A DNA stretch of 64,000 bases from Octopus vulgaris (Eukaryota): NCBI GenBank assembly GCA_951406725.2, contig OX597827.1, forward strand, positions 60,140,001 to 60,204,000, in the 5' to 3' direction. Below the pieces are notes generated by a model. It had not been told where the DNA came from. It made no database searches and worked only from the letters and a program-made list of their open reading frames with translations. The position numbers and the translations under genes are program-made. The first letter of the stretch is position 1. Each line of letters begins with the position of its first letter. Below are positions 42,057-57,688 of the stretch, piece by piece.

Positions 42057-42324
42057 CATATATGCACACACGTATGCATACACACATATAGATATATGCA
42101 TACACACATATAGATTGATAGATAGATAGACAGATAGATTGGAGTGTATGTGTCTATACACATATATCTACAAATGTCTTTACACATATATATATATACA
42201 CACATATATATTTATACATTCACAAATATAGTCATATATTTAAATTCTCCTATGCATATATGCACACACGTATATATACACACATATAGATAGATAGATT
42301 GATAGATGGATAGATGGATAGATG

Positions 42325-42359
<35 letters not shown>

Positions 42360-43104
42360 GGACGGAAGGACATACAGATGGACGGACAGACAGACAGACA
42401 TGCAGATAGATAGATAGACAAACAGACAGTCAGATACACACATACATACATACATACATACATAAATACATACATACATAAATAGATAGATGTGTGTATA
42501 TGTGTGTATATGTGTGTGTATGAGTATGCGTGCATGTGTGTGCGTGCGCGCGTGCGTGTGTGTATGTTAACATATATACGTAGATAATGAGATAGATTGG
42601 CATACATAAAGACATAGTCAAACGGGCAGACAGACTTCTATGCACGTGTCCCATCCACAAACACACACACACACACACACACATCGATGCTAAGATCCAT
42701 ACACAATTATACGAATGTAGATCTTTACGTGCATACATACGTACATACATACATACATAAATACATACGCATGTACGTGTACGTACGTACATGCATAAAG
42801 CTATGCACGCTTTCATACGTAAATGCACGAACAATGATATACAAATGTTCCTTGATAGCGTCTTTCAATCAAACGGCTTTCGGTAATGAAACGAAATCAA
42901 TATACGGCGGATGTTAAACAGCAAGCAGATCGAATGTGGAATGGGAAGTGTGTAGACAGCACATTAAAATAGCTCTTCATTGAAGTCCGACCCGTTTCTC
43001 CCCTTTTGGCCTTCTCCTTCGATGTTTCACCCTCCCTATTTATCTATCATTCTGTCATTCTATCTACCTATCTTTCTACGTATGTATTTATCTCTATCTC
43101 TCTG

Positions 43105-43205
<101 letters not shown>

Positions 43206-43305
43206 TTCTCTGTTTATCTATCAGTCACTCTTATCTGTTTATCTATTAATCAGTCTATTTGACTGTCAGTCTCTCCCCCTCTATCTCTTTACTTATCTAC
43301 GTACA

Positions 43306-43353
<48 letters not shown>

Positions 43354-43615
43354 AAGTAAACAGAACAATCCATATAACAAAATTATAGATAGATTTACAT
43401 GTATCTGTCTATCTATTTAGAATCCATATATTCATGCTTGCATGTGTGTATGTGTGTGTATGTATGTGCACGTGTGAGTAGATACATAGATATACATATA
43501 TATTCATACGCCACGCACACACACACATACACACATAAATGCACATATTGCAATCTATCTAATAATCAACCAACAGTTATACAGTTACATATATATGAAC
43601 AAATATATATATATC

Positions 43616-43680
<65 letters not shown>

Positions 43681-43808
43681 CTTGTGTGTATGCACAAGTG
43701 TGTGTATATATATATATATAATATATATATACATATATAATATATATATATGTATGTATATATAAAATATATATGTATGTGGTGTATATGTGTATGTATG
43801 TATGTATG

Positions 43809-43848
<40 letters not shown>

Positions 43849-44313
43849 CATACATACATACATACATACATACATACACACATACATATACACATAATTG
43901 CATACATACACAGCTAGGTTTCTATCTTTATACATCCGTCTCCTCTCACCATGAGACCCCCCCCCTCACTAACCAACCACCTGCATCACAACCATGCACC
44001 AGACTCGCCAACCAGACACCACACAACACCACACCGCACCATCCCACACAACACCACATCGCAGCATCCCACGCAACATCGCACCACTTAGAACCAGAAG
44101 CACACCTTACCATACGCACCCTACCGCTACGCCACAACCGCCTTCGATAATCCGCCATATTTAGCTTATTCAGCACAAGGACAACATAACAAGATGCGTC
44201 CAATCAGAAGTTTTGTTGCTGGAACTGCAATAGCGTGTTCGGTCCTTTGCCGAATCCGGCCGCAATCGACCGATATTCGCATTAGGCAGTATATTTTTGT
44301 GGCTTTTATCTAT

Positions 44314-44372
<59 letters not shown>

Positions 44373-44444
44373 CCTATTTATTTATTTTTCTCTCTGTCTA
44401 TTCAGCAGTCAATTTATCTACTTATTTATTTATCTGCCTGTCAG

Positions 44445-44512
<68 letters not shown>

Positions 44513-45008
44513 CCTATCTATTGCTCTATTTTTTTATATTTTCCTTTATTGTTATTACTATTATTATTGTTGCTGATGCTGCTATTATCATTATTATTAT
44601 CATCATCATCATCATCATCATTATCATCATCACCAGCAGCACTATTATCAACATCATTATCATCAACATCATCATTGCCGCCACCACCACCACCACCACA
44701 CATCATCATCATCATCATCATCATTATTGTTATTATTATCATCGTTATAGCCATCATCATCATCGCAGTCGTCGTAGTCGAGTGCGTCGCCGTCGTCGTT
44801 GTGACGGTCGTGGTTGTTGTTGCTGTTGTTGCTGTTGTTGTTGTTGTTATGGTTTTCAATAGACATTAATAGCAATCGCATAGGTTGTGTGATTAGGAGG
44901 GAATTGGTTAGAAGAGGAACAGGAAACAGGAGACGAGCGAGAAGAGAAGAGAAGAGAGTTGCCAAAGGAAGGACAATATACTCGCGTGTAGGCATGCATG
45001 CGCGCGCA

Positions 45009-45042
<34 letters not shown>

Positions 45043-45266
45043 CGTGTGTGTGCGTGTGTGTGCGTGTGTATGTGCGTGTGTGTGCGTGTGTATGTGTGTG
45101 TGTGTGTGTTTTATACACTGCTACAAATGCGTATGATATGCAAGCCGACATAGATGTAAGCACGCGAGCGCAATCGCTCCACGTATAGTTATGACAAGAA
45201 ATAACTGAACACACATTTATACATACATAAAGACACATACATACATACAAACATACATACACACGC

Positions 45267-45337
<71 letters not shown>

Positions 45338-45619
45338 CATGTGTGTATGAGAGAGAGAAGAGAGAGAGATACATATACACTTACATAGATCTATCGAATT
45401 ATATATATATATACATAACTTATAAACAGGGCAAAAGAAAAAAATTTCTAATGCCAAATATGCCGAAACTAGACACATCGTCCATAACCATATAATTCAT
45501 CACTATAAGCACGCGTCTCGAAGAAAGCCAACAGAAATTTCTAAAAAAATTCCGTTATTATCATATCGGACCCGATTTCAGAGTTAATTCATAAGAACCT
45601 TCTCTTCGTCAGTGGTAAA

Positions 45620-45714
45620 TGCCACCTTGGGCAACTGTCCTCTACTATAGTCTCGAACCGAACAAAGACATGTGAGTGGATTTGGTAGTAGACGGAAACT
45701 GAAAGAAGCCCGTC

Positions 45715-45775
<61 letters not shown>

Positions 45776-46020
45776 CATATGTATTTATATGTTATGTGTG
45801 TCTTCGTCCCCACCATAACTTGACAACCAGTGTTGGGCCGTTTACGTTCCCGTAACTTAGCGGTTTGGCAAAGTGCCAGATAGTATAAGTACTAGACTTA
45901 CAAAAAATAAGTCCTGAGATCAAATTGTTCAACAAAAACACTCCAAGGCAGTGCTCCAGCACGGCCGCAGTAAAAATGAGTAAAAGAATAGAAGTCAAAC
46001 AAGTAAAAGAATAAAAGAAT
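45620..46020 (+). mobile_element. SINE A, 5'-truncated
   Basis: CACCTTGGGCAAC through to the GTAAAAGAATAAAAGAAT tail. Confidence 0.85.
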
Positions 46021-46119
46021 ATAGTGTACGTAGGTATATGCGTGAGTGCGCATGTGCGTGGGTACAGATATATACATATCTATGCGCGCGCGCACCCACA
46101 CACTCACACATACTCACAC

Positions 46120-46197
<78 letters not shown>

Positions 46198-46217
46198 ATA
46201 AATACAATAGATATACA

Positions 46218-46256
<39 letters not shown>

Positions 46257-46279
46257 TACACACATACATACATACATAT

Positions 46280-46360
<81 letters not shown>

Positions 46361-46906
46361 TGTATGTATGTATGTATGAATGTATGTATGTAAATTTGTA
46401 TATCTATCTATCTATTTTGTATGTGGTCATTATCGTAAACAAGAGATAAGTAGATGCCTAACGCTGTCTTGTTGGCAATTTCACGATTTTGTTATTCAAA
46501 TCTTTCCTTTAACGTTCATCGCTCTTTGAGAGTCGATACAATTCGCCAAATTGTATACAGGCGCAGGCATGGCTATATTTTTAAGAAGTTCGCTTCCAAA
46601 CCACTTGACACTAACATCAGCCCACTGTGCGCACTTTATCTGCTGGAGCCTAGAGCTGCCCAATACCTCGTTAATGAAGTTGATAAAGAGAACTGCGCGT
46701 TTGTGAGTGTGTGTCTGTTTTTTTTTGTTTGTTTGTTTTTTGTTGTTTCATTTTGTCCCTTCTCTCACTCTTTTCCTCTTCGTAATGTAGATCTTCAGCA
46801 AGGCCAAACATTCTGTTGCGGCTACAATTTCTAAAATAATCTATATTCAACAGGTTATTATGCCATAATTAACAGGCTGTAAATTCGATGTATGTGTGTT
46901 TGCATG

Positions 46907-46988
<82 letters not shown>

Positions 46989-46989
46989 C

Positions 46990-47240
46990 CTTTTTTTATT
47001 GGCCACACAGGGCTGAACACAGAGGGGACAAATACAAATGTAGAGCTTTTCTTTTCGAAAATGGAAAAGTAAAAGGAAAAAACAAAGGAACAAAATGTAA
47101 AATTCCGATCAAAAGGGATCGGGGGAGGGGAAGCGATCAAAAGAGATCGTGTATCACAGAAAGAAAATTTTAAATAGTAAGAAACAGGATTATGTTTGTC
47201 CGTGGGAAGAAAAGCCTACGGAAAAGACCACGGTAACCTC
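46990..47240 (-). mobile_element. 3' UTR fragment of the same L1/Tx1-like LINE
   Basis: Shared blocks with 3776-4005: CCAC.CAGGGC.GAACACAGAG, AATGTAGA, GAAAA.CCTACG.AAA.GA and TAACCTC. Confidence 0.7.
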
Positions 47241-47242
47241 AG

Positions 47243-47353
<111 letters not shown>

Positions 47354-48214
47354 CTCAGATAAATTGATTGACTGATTGATTACACTGGTCTGCATTTGGG
47401 AATTTTTTTTTAATTTTTATTCATGGATGTGATGTTACATATTCTTGAGGTGCTGGTTTTAAATATCTCTACCATTTTGCTCTGAGACATAAGGATGTTG
47501 AATAAAATACAATTTAATAATAATAATAAATGTGAATTTTTAATAAATCGTCACTTTATTAAAATGAAGCATGTAACCAAGGAAAAGCACATTCTGTTTT
47601 AAGAAATGAACCACGTTCATCATGAAATGAAGCAGAATTATCAACATCAAACCAAATGAATGTCAAAAATATGCTCCTAATAGTAAACCAGGAAGAACAA
47701 GTTTTAACCAACGTTGCATTACTTTAATTCTAAAAAAAAAGTAAGCGAATAGAAAGATGGTTCGAAAAATTATATTTCGAAATTGTGATGGTATTTGGTC
47801 GACAACTGAGGAGGTGCTGAGCATGTCTTCATCCGTCATGTATGTTTCTGGTGGGGGGTTTTTTCAATAATTTCTTTTGTCGTCTTCAATCGTACAATTT
47901 TATTGTACACACACGCACACACGCATGCACACACACACACACACACACACACCACACACACACACACACACATACACACACTCACTTATATATACATGAT
48001 TATATATACATGATTATACATCTTTAAAATAAAGAATAAAATCTATATAGGATTTTATCAAGTAGCTAGAATGTAAAAAAAAAGAACTATTTAGGTAAAA
48101 ATTAATACAAATTTAATTATATGAGTATAATTATAATAAGGGCAACTACTGAGTAGCGCCACATGCTAGAAGAAGAAGCCAAATGGTTCTAAAACTACCT
48201 TATTTATCACACTG

Positions 48215-48492
48215 GAGGACCGTTAAGTTACAGGACGTAAACACACCACCACCAGTTGTAAAGCGGTGGTGGACACACACACATGCACACACACACACAT
48301 ATATGTATATGTATATATATATATATTTACGATGGGCTTCTTTCAGTTTCCGTCTAGCAAATTCACTGACAACAAGGCTTTGGTCAGCCCGAGGCAATAC
48401 TAGAAGACACTTCCCCAGAGTGCCATGTAGTGGAACTGAACCCGGAACCATGAGACTGAGAACCAAGCTTCTTATTTCACAACCACGCCTGC
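48215..48492 (-). mobile_element. SINE A, 3'-truncated
   Basis: Homology to the family head and middle. Confidence 0.82.
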
Positions 48493-49044
48493 ATACGTAT
48501 GTGTGTGCCTGTGTGTGTGTGTGTGTGCGTGCGCGTGTGTATACACACATACATATGGATGGATCGATCGATGGCTTCCTCTCAATTGGAATACCTTATT
48601 TCAAAGTATTTCGTAGTTCTGCTGAATCAGTCAGAGAGATGACTTAAAGCGAAACAACAACAAAAAAGGAGAAGCAGCAGCAACAACATCAATATCTCTT
48701 TACGAATCCCAGCACAATCATTACTCACGATGCGTAAAGGAGAAACACAACTTACGCTCTTATATACAAATGTATTATTTTGCTGCTGAGCTGAATTTGT
48801 AGATAAAAAAAAAAAGATGGAGGAAACGGAAGAGCAAGCGTATTGGATTGTTGATTCAATAGTTGTTTGAAATAAATCTAGACGATGTGATTTGATTTTG
48901 ACTTTTCCCACTAGACATATTTGTATGTGTGCGCTTATTAAGTTAGACATGGCCTGGGCCAATTATGGACAAAAAACCTAAGTTGTCTAAGTAATGTGAG
49001 TGTGCGTTTGTGTTTGTGTGCGTGTGTGTGTATGTGTGTGTGTG

Positions 49045-49076
<32 letters not shown>

Positions 49077-49343
49077 CATGCGTGTGGGGAGGATGGGCAT
49101 CCTTCTTATGTCTTGGAAAAATACCACACAAATGAAATATATATAGCTAATATATCTTTATTTATGTATCTATATCTACCTATATATATTATATATATAT
49201 ATATATTCCTGTATATATGCATATGTATGTATATAATAAATATATATATTTATATAGACACATATATATACATATATAATATACATGTATATACATAAAT
49301 ATATATATATACAAATACATATATATATATGTATATATTTATA

Positions 49344-49394
<51 letters not shown>

Positions 49395-49597
49395 GTATAT
49401 ATATATATGTATATACGTATATCATATAGCAAATATTCGATTCATATATATATATATATATATACATAAATTATTAGAGAGTTACCATATATATATATAT
49501 AAATATATATATATATATGTATATATCTTTACATGTATAAATGTATATGTATATAAGTATATCATATAGCAAATATTCGATTCATATATATCATATG

Positions 49598-49641
<44 letters not shown>

Positions 49642-50399
49642 TATAAATCGAATATTTGCTATTATAATAATCGTGTTAGTCCACAATGAGGAAAAATTCG
49701 ATGCTGAACACAAACTATTTTTGAAATGGGTTTATTCATATTCGTATAACATGGCAATCGTTGTTTCAGCAAAGAGCAAGTGTTCGCTAATTCCCATCAG
49801 AGAAGTAATCTCTGATGAGGCTATCCTTTTCTGCCCAACGGCTAGGGTGCAGCACACACGATAGTATGATAGGATTTCGATTTCTGGAGCCGGTGCTGTG
49901 CTGTCTTCTTGCATCAAGCACCTCATCTCGCGTTGCTCTACGATAACTTCGATAGCTGATCTGTGACACACTGTGTCCCTCTATAGGTTTATCGTACAGC
50001 ACAAGCATTTAATCGCTATAAAATATCATCTTTACTGGTTGTTCAGCAAGAAACTGTTGATCCATCATCTGTCATTTTGTGCTGGAAAATTTACTAAAGA
50101 TGTATCACTGTGTGTGTGTATTTGTGTGTGTGTATGTGTGTGTGTGTAATCGAAGAGTAAAATAAAACACTTAGAGGACATGAAAGAACAACAAGCAGGG
50201 TGTATCAGTTTAACGCTTAGCAAAAATGGAAGAAGTCTTCAATGTTTCGAACCTACGCTTTTCTGCCAAATGAAAAGAGAAAAAAGGTGGAGAGAAATAA
50301 AATGTCTCTGAAGTAAACGGTCAAAGCTTGCTGAAATGACCGGAAGAGAAGGAAGTTGGCTTGAGGCGTGGGTAGCAAGGGAGGCAACAGTAACCTGAA

Positions 50400-50569
50400 A
50401 CGCGTAGCAGCATTTCGTCCATCTTGACCTGAGTTCAAATTCCACCGAGGTCGACTTTACTGTTCATCCTTTCAAGGTCGGTAAAATAAATACCAGTTGA
50501 ACTCTGGGATCGATATAATCGACTTATCCAATCTCTCGAAATTGCGGATCTTGTATCAAAATTTGAAAC

Positions 50570-50570
<1 letters not shown>
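50400..50570 (+). mobile_element. SINE B with a third tail type (...CAAAATTTGAAACC(ATT)n)
   Basis: The same tail is seen at about 18170-18200 and 28820-28850. Confidence 0.75.
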
Positions 50571-50665
<95 letters not shown>

Positions 50666-50844
50666 TATTATTATTATTATAATTATCAATAGGCAGAAGT
50701 ACTGAATGACTTGAGGGCCGGGAGTTTCGTCCAGTGTCCTGCACGAAGCTTTTGGCCCTTGAGTCATTCTGTTACACTACTGACTATGAATTATATATGT
50801 GGAGAGGGTGCGTGTGTGTGAAGGGGTGCATGTGTGAGTAGAGG

Positions 50845-50879
<35 letters not shown>

Positions 50880-51012
50880 GGTGAGAGACGACCACCGCAC
50901 TAACTGGCCTATCAGCGGTTCATGTATGAAAAACGTGATGCATAGATGGCTATTTTATTTTAACACTGCCTCAAATGCGTGCACCGGATACATACGTGCA
51001 TACATATATATA

Positions 51013-51073
<61 letters not shown>

Positions 51074-51514
51074 GTGTATGTGTTGCGTGTGCGTGTGTGT
51101 ATGCATGTATGTACCGGATACATACATACACGTATATATAGATAGATATATATATATGTGTGTGTGTGTGTGTAAGTATTATGCATATATATACAGAAAT
51201 ATATGTAAACATAAAAATGCAGAGAAAGAGGGAGATGTATGTATGTATATATGTATGTATGCGTGTGTGATTGTATGTACACATACACACACATTTTTAA
51301 TTATTTATTTATTTAATATTATATTCATAAACGCTCGTTATTAGTATCATATAATCATTATATTTTCCCATATTCTTTCGGGACCGAGCTTCAAATGTTC
51401 GTCGATATTCGCTAAATTGTATTGGAATTTATAATGAAATTATCTTTCTTTCTTTCTTTCTTTTTTAATATATCTTCCTTTCAAAGATGTTTAATTGCTC
51501 AATATTATTTCTCC

Positions 51515-51760
51515 TGGTGTCTTCACGTTCTGAGTTCAAATTCCGCCGAGGTCAACATTGCCTTTCATCCCCTTGAGGTCGATAAATTGAATACCAGTTG
51601 CGTACTGGGGTCGATCTAATCGACTGACCCTCACATCCCCAAAAACTTCGGGCCTTGAGGTCGATAAATTGAATACCAGTTGCGTACTGGGGTCGATCTA
51701 ATCGACTGACCCTCACATCCCCCAAAAACTTCGGGCCTTGTGCCTAGAGTAGAAAAGAAT
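51515..51760 (+). mobile_element. SINE B with an internal tandem duplication of about 82 bp
   Basis: Units begin CCTTGAGGTC at 51571 and 51653. Confidence 0.85.
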
Positions 51761-51826
51761 ATTTCTGCTGGTGTTACTATTTTACACACTCTTAACTATC
51801 AAACAGACATGTGTGTGTGTGTGTGC

Positions 51827-51921
<95 letters not shown>

Positions 51922-52103
51922 CGTGTATAAACATGCTTACGCAAGTATGGATATGTCAGTGTGATTAATGAGCTCGCTTTGCAACCATGGGGTTTCATGT
52001 TCAGGCAAGTGTCCTCTACTATAGTCCCAGTCAGACCAATGCCGTGTGCGTGATTTCAGTAGACGGAAACTGTATGGAAGCCCTTCCTATGCATTTAATA
52101 ATG

Positions 52104-52176
<73 letters not shown>

Positions 52177-52407
52177 TGAAGACATGTGGCTCACGATCGT
52201 AAGGTTATGAGTTCGACACTCGGCTTCGCAAGACACTTTATTTCATGTTGTTCCAGTTCACTCATTCTGAAATTCTCTGGGTACGTGTGTCTGTGGAGTA
52301 CTCAGCCACTTGCACATCTAATTTCATGAGCAGGCTGATCGGTTGATCAGTTCAGTTGGAACCATCGTCATTGTAACGGACCTAGAGCCAGTTTCATATA
52401 TGTACGT

Positions 52408-52450
<43 letters not shown>

Positions 52451-53033
52451 TGTGTATATGCGTGTGTTTGTGTATGTGTGTGTGCGTGCGTATGTGTGTG
52501 TCTGTGTGCCTTTGAGTTTATGCTTGTCTCCTCTCCCCACCGTTATTCATCCAGTTTTGGTTTGTCCACGTACCCGTAACTGAGCTGTTCGATAAAAGGG
52601 ACCGATAGAATAAGAATCAGACGGAAAGAACAATAAATACTAGGATAGGTTTGTTCGACGAAACCCTTCATGTCGGTGCACCAGCATGGCCGCAGAGAGT
52701 AACATATAAATATCCAATTCATAACCGGCTTAATTCCCTTCTTTGAACAATAAAAATATTTTCTAATTTTGGCTCAATGCCAGCAATAGTTTTAGGGAAG
52801 GGAGAAGGGAGAAGTTGGTAACAACGATCCCACAGCGTAACTATTATGTTATTTTCTTCATACCAGAGGGATAAAAAGTAAAGATGACCTCTGTAGGATT
52901 TGAACACAGAACGTACAACGACGAATGAACGCTGCTAGGAAATTTTCTTCAACTATAGCCTAGGGCCGACCAGAGTCTTGTGAGTGGATTTGGTAGACGG
53001 AAACTGAAAGAAGCCCGTCGTATATATATATAT

Positions 53034-53114
<81 letters not shown>

Positions 53115-53150
53115 TGTATATGTATGTATGTATATGTATGTATGTATATG

Positions 53151-53276
<126 letters not shown>

Positions 53277-53344
53277 GGTCCCGGGTTGATTCGGGGTTAA
53301 CCACAGTAAATAAGGTACTCAATACATAGCAGAGTAAAATTAAT

Positions 53345-53457
53345 TTATTATATAGAAGGAGCTTCTACAGGACTAGAACTGTTTCATTCAAGAGAAATCT
53401 TCCTGAAGATTTCTCTTGAATGAAACAGTTCTAGTCCTGTAGAAGCTCCTTCTATAT

Positions 53458-53462
<5 letters not shown>
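53345..53462. repeat. Perfect palindrome, 58-bp arms, 2-bp spacer
   Basis: 53345-53402 is the exact reverse complement of 53405-53462. Confidence 0.97.
53403..53442 (+). ncRNA. Type-I hammerhead ribozyme-like core (5' stem I strand displaced)
   Basis: CUGAAGA-U-UUC(UCUU)GAA-U-GAAAC-AGUUCUA-GUC-CUGUAG. Confidence 0.55.
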
Positions 53463-53499
<37 letters not shown>

Positions 53500-53502
<3 letters not shown>

Positions 53503-53781
53503 GTTAATTAATTAATAATTAATAATTTTATTAAGTAGTTCGGTATGTTAAAAGAACCATTAACGGTATACTTAAACAAATTTTTTTTATAATTATGAGT
53601 ATAATTATAATAAGGGTTCAGCAAAAATTTGCTTCACCACACACCGAAACTTAGAAATAGTAGTTAAAACAAACTATTTCTCTACCATAAGAAAATCTCC
53701 CAGACAACAATACTCAACAACCCATGCAGGTAAAGAGAAAAAAATAACGAATCCACCCGGCTTTGATTAACTGTATACGTG

Positions 53782-53782
<1 letters not shown>
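53500..53782 (-). mobile_element. Second copy of the 170-535 element, truncated in the hammerhead region
   Basis: Colinear with 175-412 and bounded by (TA)n on both sides. Confidence 0.7.
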
Positions 53783-53821
<39 letters not shown>

Positions 53822-54765
53822 TAATAAATAAAATATATACATACATACAAACATATATGTACGTACCGACATCTACATGTATATATACATGCATATATAT
53901 ATGTTTGTGTGTCTGCGTTTGTCCCCCTACATCGCTTGACAACCGACGCTGGTGTATTTATGTCCCCGTAACTTAGCGGTTCGGCAAAATAAGTACTAGG
54001 CATACAAAGAATAAGGCCTGGGGTCGATTTGCCCGACTAAAGGCGGTGCTCCAGCATGGCCGCAGTCAAATGATTGAAACAAATAAAAGAATATATATAT
54101 ATATATATATACATATTCTGCTATAGACACGAGGACTGATAATTCAGGAGAGAAGATTAGTCGACTACATCGAAAGGAATGACCCCGAAAGGAATGAAAG
54201 GCAAAGTTAACTTCAGCGGGAATTGAACTTAAAATGCTGCTAAGCAATTTCGTCCGTCGAGCTAGCGATTCTGCTAACTCGCCGCTTTAGTTTGGACAAT
54301 AAAAATACAATCAAGTCTTTATGAAGGAAGTCTGCTGATCGTTTCATGTCGTAGAAAAATACAAAGAAGGCATTTATGGACCAGTTATAAAGAGTTTTAT
54401 AAATCCTGTATGCATGAATGTACTTTAAAAGTGACATTCCTATATTCATTGAAGCAACAGGGTATTTATCAAATTTCCAGGATCAAAGTATGGCGGAACT
54501 TAAAGACTTAGAGAAAGAATGTAGGGTCGTTATTCATACTATACAAATATGATTGCCATATCTATTGGCGATGATGATTCACATTTAAATTTAAAGAGTT
54601 GCATAATGGGACGGCCAAATGAAGAGAGCTTTTTGCATAAATTATCTTTTCTTTGTAACTTTTCTACCAAACAAGTAGGAGATCAAAATACGCATTGAAA
54701 TTCCACTCAGGAAGAAAAAAAATGTATGCATGAGTATTTGTGCCCCTTTGAGTATGAGTGTGTGC

Positions 54766-54840
<75 letters not shown>

Positions 54841-55117
54841 TGCGTGTGTACATACATAAACACAAACGTAGGTATGTGTATTATTATTCACGCAAATATC
54901 TTCATGATTGCATATACAGAGTTAAACCACACGCACACACAACGTATCCATATGGATACATGTATATGTTCATATATATATATATGTTTATGTGTGTGTG
55001 CGTATATGTGTATATGTGTGTGACTGATGTACTCACATATACATATATATCGCATATGTATTTAATTGCTAAAATATCTGTATATAGCTTTATTTATATG
55101 CATTTATTTCTCTCTCA

Positions 55118-55170
<53 letters not shown>

Positions 55171-55192
55171 CACAGACACATATATGTATACG

Positions 55193-55229
<37 letters not shown>

Positions 55230-55327
55230 AGCAATGTAGGAGCGTAAATTTTTGTGCATATATGCGTGTGTCTCTGTATCCGTGGGGGAGTGTGATTATG
55301 TGTATGTATATAAGTGGGGTTGTGATG

Positions 55328-55399
<72 letters not shown>

Positions 55400-55429
55400 C
55401 ATATATATATATATATGTATGTATGTATG

Positions 55430-55463
<34 letters not shown>

Positions 55464-55892
55464 TGTATACGTACACACACTCACACACATATGTATACAC
55501 ACAGACAGACAGACAGACAGACAGACATATATAGCAGACATACATACACACGCGCATCCAAATTTGTCTGTTCGCATGTATAAGGTATTTGGCTCACGAT
55601 CGTAAGTTCGTGATTTCGAAATCCAGCGGCGTGTTGTGTCCTTGAGCAAGACACTTTACTACACGTTGCTCCAGTATTTCAGTTGTTCCTGTATTTCAAG
55701 GGACCAGCCTTGACATATTCTGTGTCACACTGAATCTCCTTCAAAGATATATTAAGGGTGCTTATATCTGTGGAATGCTCATTCACTTGCACGTTAATTT
55801 CATGTGCTGACTGTTCCGCCCATCGGGTCACCTGAAACCTGCGTCGTCGTCGTAACCGTCGGTGTGCCAGTGTGTGTCTGTGTTTTTAGTGA

Positions 55893-56052
55893 CAGGTGCG
55901 GCTCTGTGGTAAGAAGCCTGCTTTCGACCATATAGTTCCGAGTTCAGTCCCATGGCGTGAGACTTTAAGCAAGTGTTTTCTACTATAGTCTCGGGCCGAC
56001 CAAAATCCTTGGAAATAGATTTGGTAGACAGAAACTGAATGAAGTTCGCCAT
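55893..56052 (+). mobile_element. SINE A head
   Basis: GGCTCTGTGGTAAG...GTTCAGTCCC...GGATTTGGTAGACAGAAACTG-like blocks. Confidence 0.8.
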
Positions 56053-56062
56053 GTGTGAGTGT

Positions 56063-56130
<68 letters not shown>

Positions 56131-56161
56131 GTGTGTGTGTGTGTGCGTGCGTGCGTGTTTT

Positions 56162-56197
<36 letters not shown>

Positions 56198-56261
56198 CGT
56201 GTGTGCATGTGCGTGTGAGTGTGCGTGCGTGTGTGTGTGCGTGTGTGCATGGGTGTGTGCT

Positions 56262-57368
56262 GTGTTGCTTGGCATTCGCACCGTAAGCTCCAATATGAAC
56301 ATTTCGGTGTGTTTGGGTACAATTTAAGGACAGTGCAGAGGATTCGGAAAGAGTTGGATACGTCTAATGGTGATCTGAAGGCACAGCAGCTCGGAAAACT
56401 CACTCTGATTGCTCTCATAAGAAAAGAACAAAATTTGTTGGTGAGATCCAGACCATGATTGATAACAATCCCTCCAAGTCAATCAGGCCCATCGCCAGGG
56501 ACATGGGAGTGTCTGAGTTTCTTATCAGGCAGGTAGTGCATGAAATCATTTAGCATTCTTCATATAAGATGAGAAAGGGCCAGTTTTTATTTCAAGCTAT
56601 CAAGGACAAGAGAAAAGACTGCGCTACGAAGCTTTTGAACAAACTGAAACATCTCCAACCAAACATACTTAGGTTTTTCTCAGACGAGAAAAATTCCTAC
56701 TATGATCAGATGGTGAACACTGAGAACAACCGTTGGCTTGCCGTGTCCCCAAAACATGTACCGAGAGCGATAAAAATCAAACATCCAGTCAACATCATGG
56801 TGTTTGGAGTGATCATTATTGATGGCGATATTATGACTCCATTCATCTTCTCACTCGGCCTCACACTCAACACGGAGACCTACATCAAGTGCATGAAGGT
56901 GGTTGTGCTGCCCTGGCAGAGTAGCTGCTGGAAGACACTATCTCTGGCAACAGGACTCTGCATCATGCCACGCAAGCAGGAGAACCCAGTCATGGCTGTC
57001 AGACAATCTCTGCGACAACATCACCCCTAACATCTGGCCACCTAACTCCCCAGACTACAACCCTTTTGGTTATTATGTGTGGGGTACAGTTGAGCGAGTG
57101 ACCAACAAAACTCCAAAGATGAACTGAAAGAAAGGATTATGGCAGCATTCACCAACTTAAACAAGGAGACCGTCCAAAAGAGCTGTAGGAGATTCCGAAG
57201 TCGTCTCGAGGCCGTAGTTGAAGTCAATGGCGATTTTATTGAAGGAATTTACTCTTTAGTATTTCAAGATATTTCTATGCAATTTTTGGTAAATACCTCT
57301 GTTAAAATGAGTTGTCAGTGTTATTTTCATTTTTGCATCATTCAGACGACAATATATTCACTGAACCA
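56262..57368 (+). pseudogene. maT-type (DD37D) Tc1/mariner transposase pseudogene, frameshifted
   Basis: Motifs FFSDEK, NNRWLA, KHPVNIMVFGVI, WQQDSASCH, WPPNSPDYNPF(G)YYVWG and CRRFRSRLEAVVEVNGDFIE. There are 37 aa between the second D and the third catalytic position, where D is mutated to G. Several stops and frameshifts. Confidence 0.9.
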
Positions 57369-57434
57369 TACATACATACATACATACATACATACATAAA
57401 TACATACATACATACATACATACATTACATACAT

Positions 57435-57562
<128 letters not shown>

Positions 57563-57632
57563 TGAAATAGAAAGATGAATAATCTTGTTGCAGATTAATC
57601 AAAAGTTTAACCGATACCTTGGTAGCAAAAAT

Positions 57633-57688
<56 letters not shown>

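Noticed and set aside
46454-46834. 126-aa non-repetitive ORF
   Set aside because: Its middle (from about 46558) is a decayed SINE A head and no protein family is recognisable.
47384-47800. Possible DNA-transposon end (TA|CACTGGTCTGC...)
   Set aside because: No matching opposite TIR or transposase motif found in the window.
49795-49850. CATCAGAGA...TCTCTGATG hairpin with CTGATGA
   Set aside because: Short arms and no downstream GAAA box; consistent with chance.
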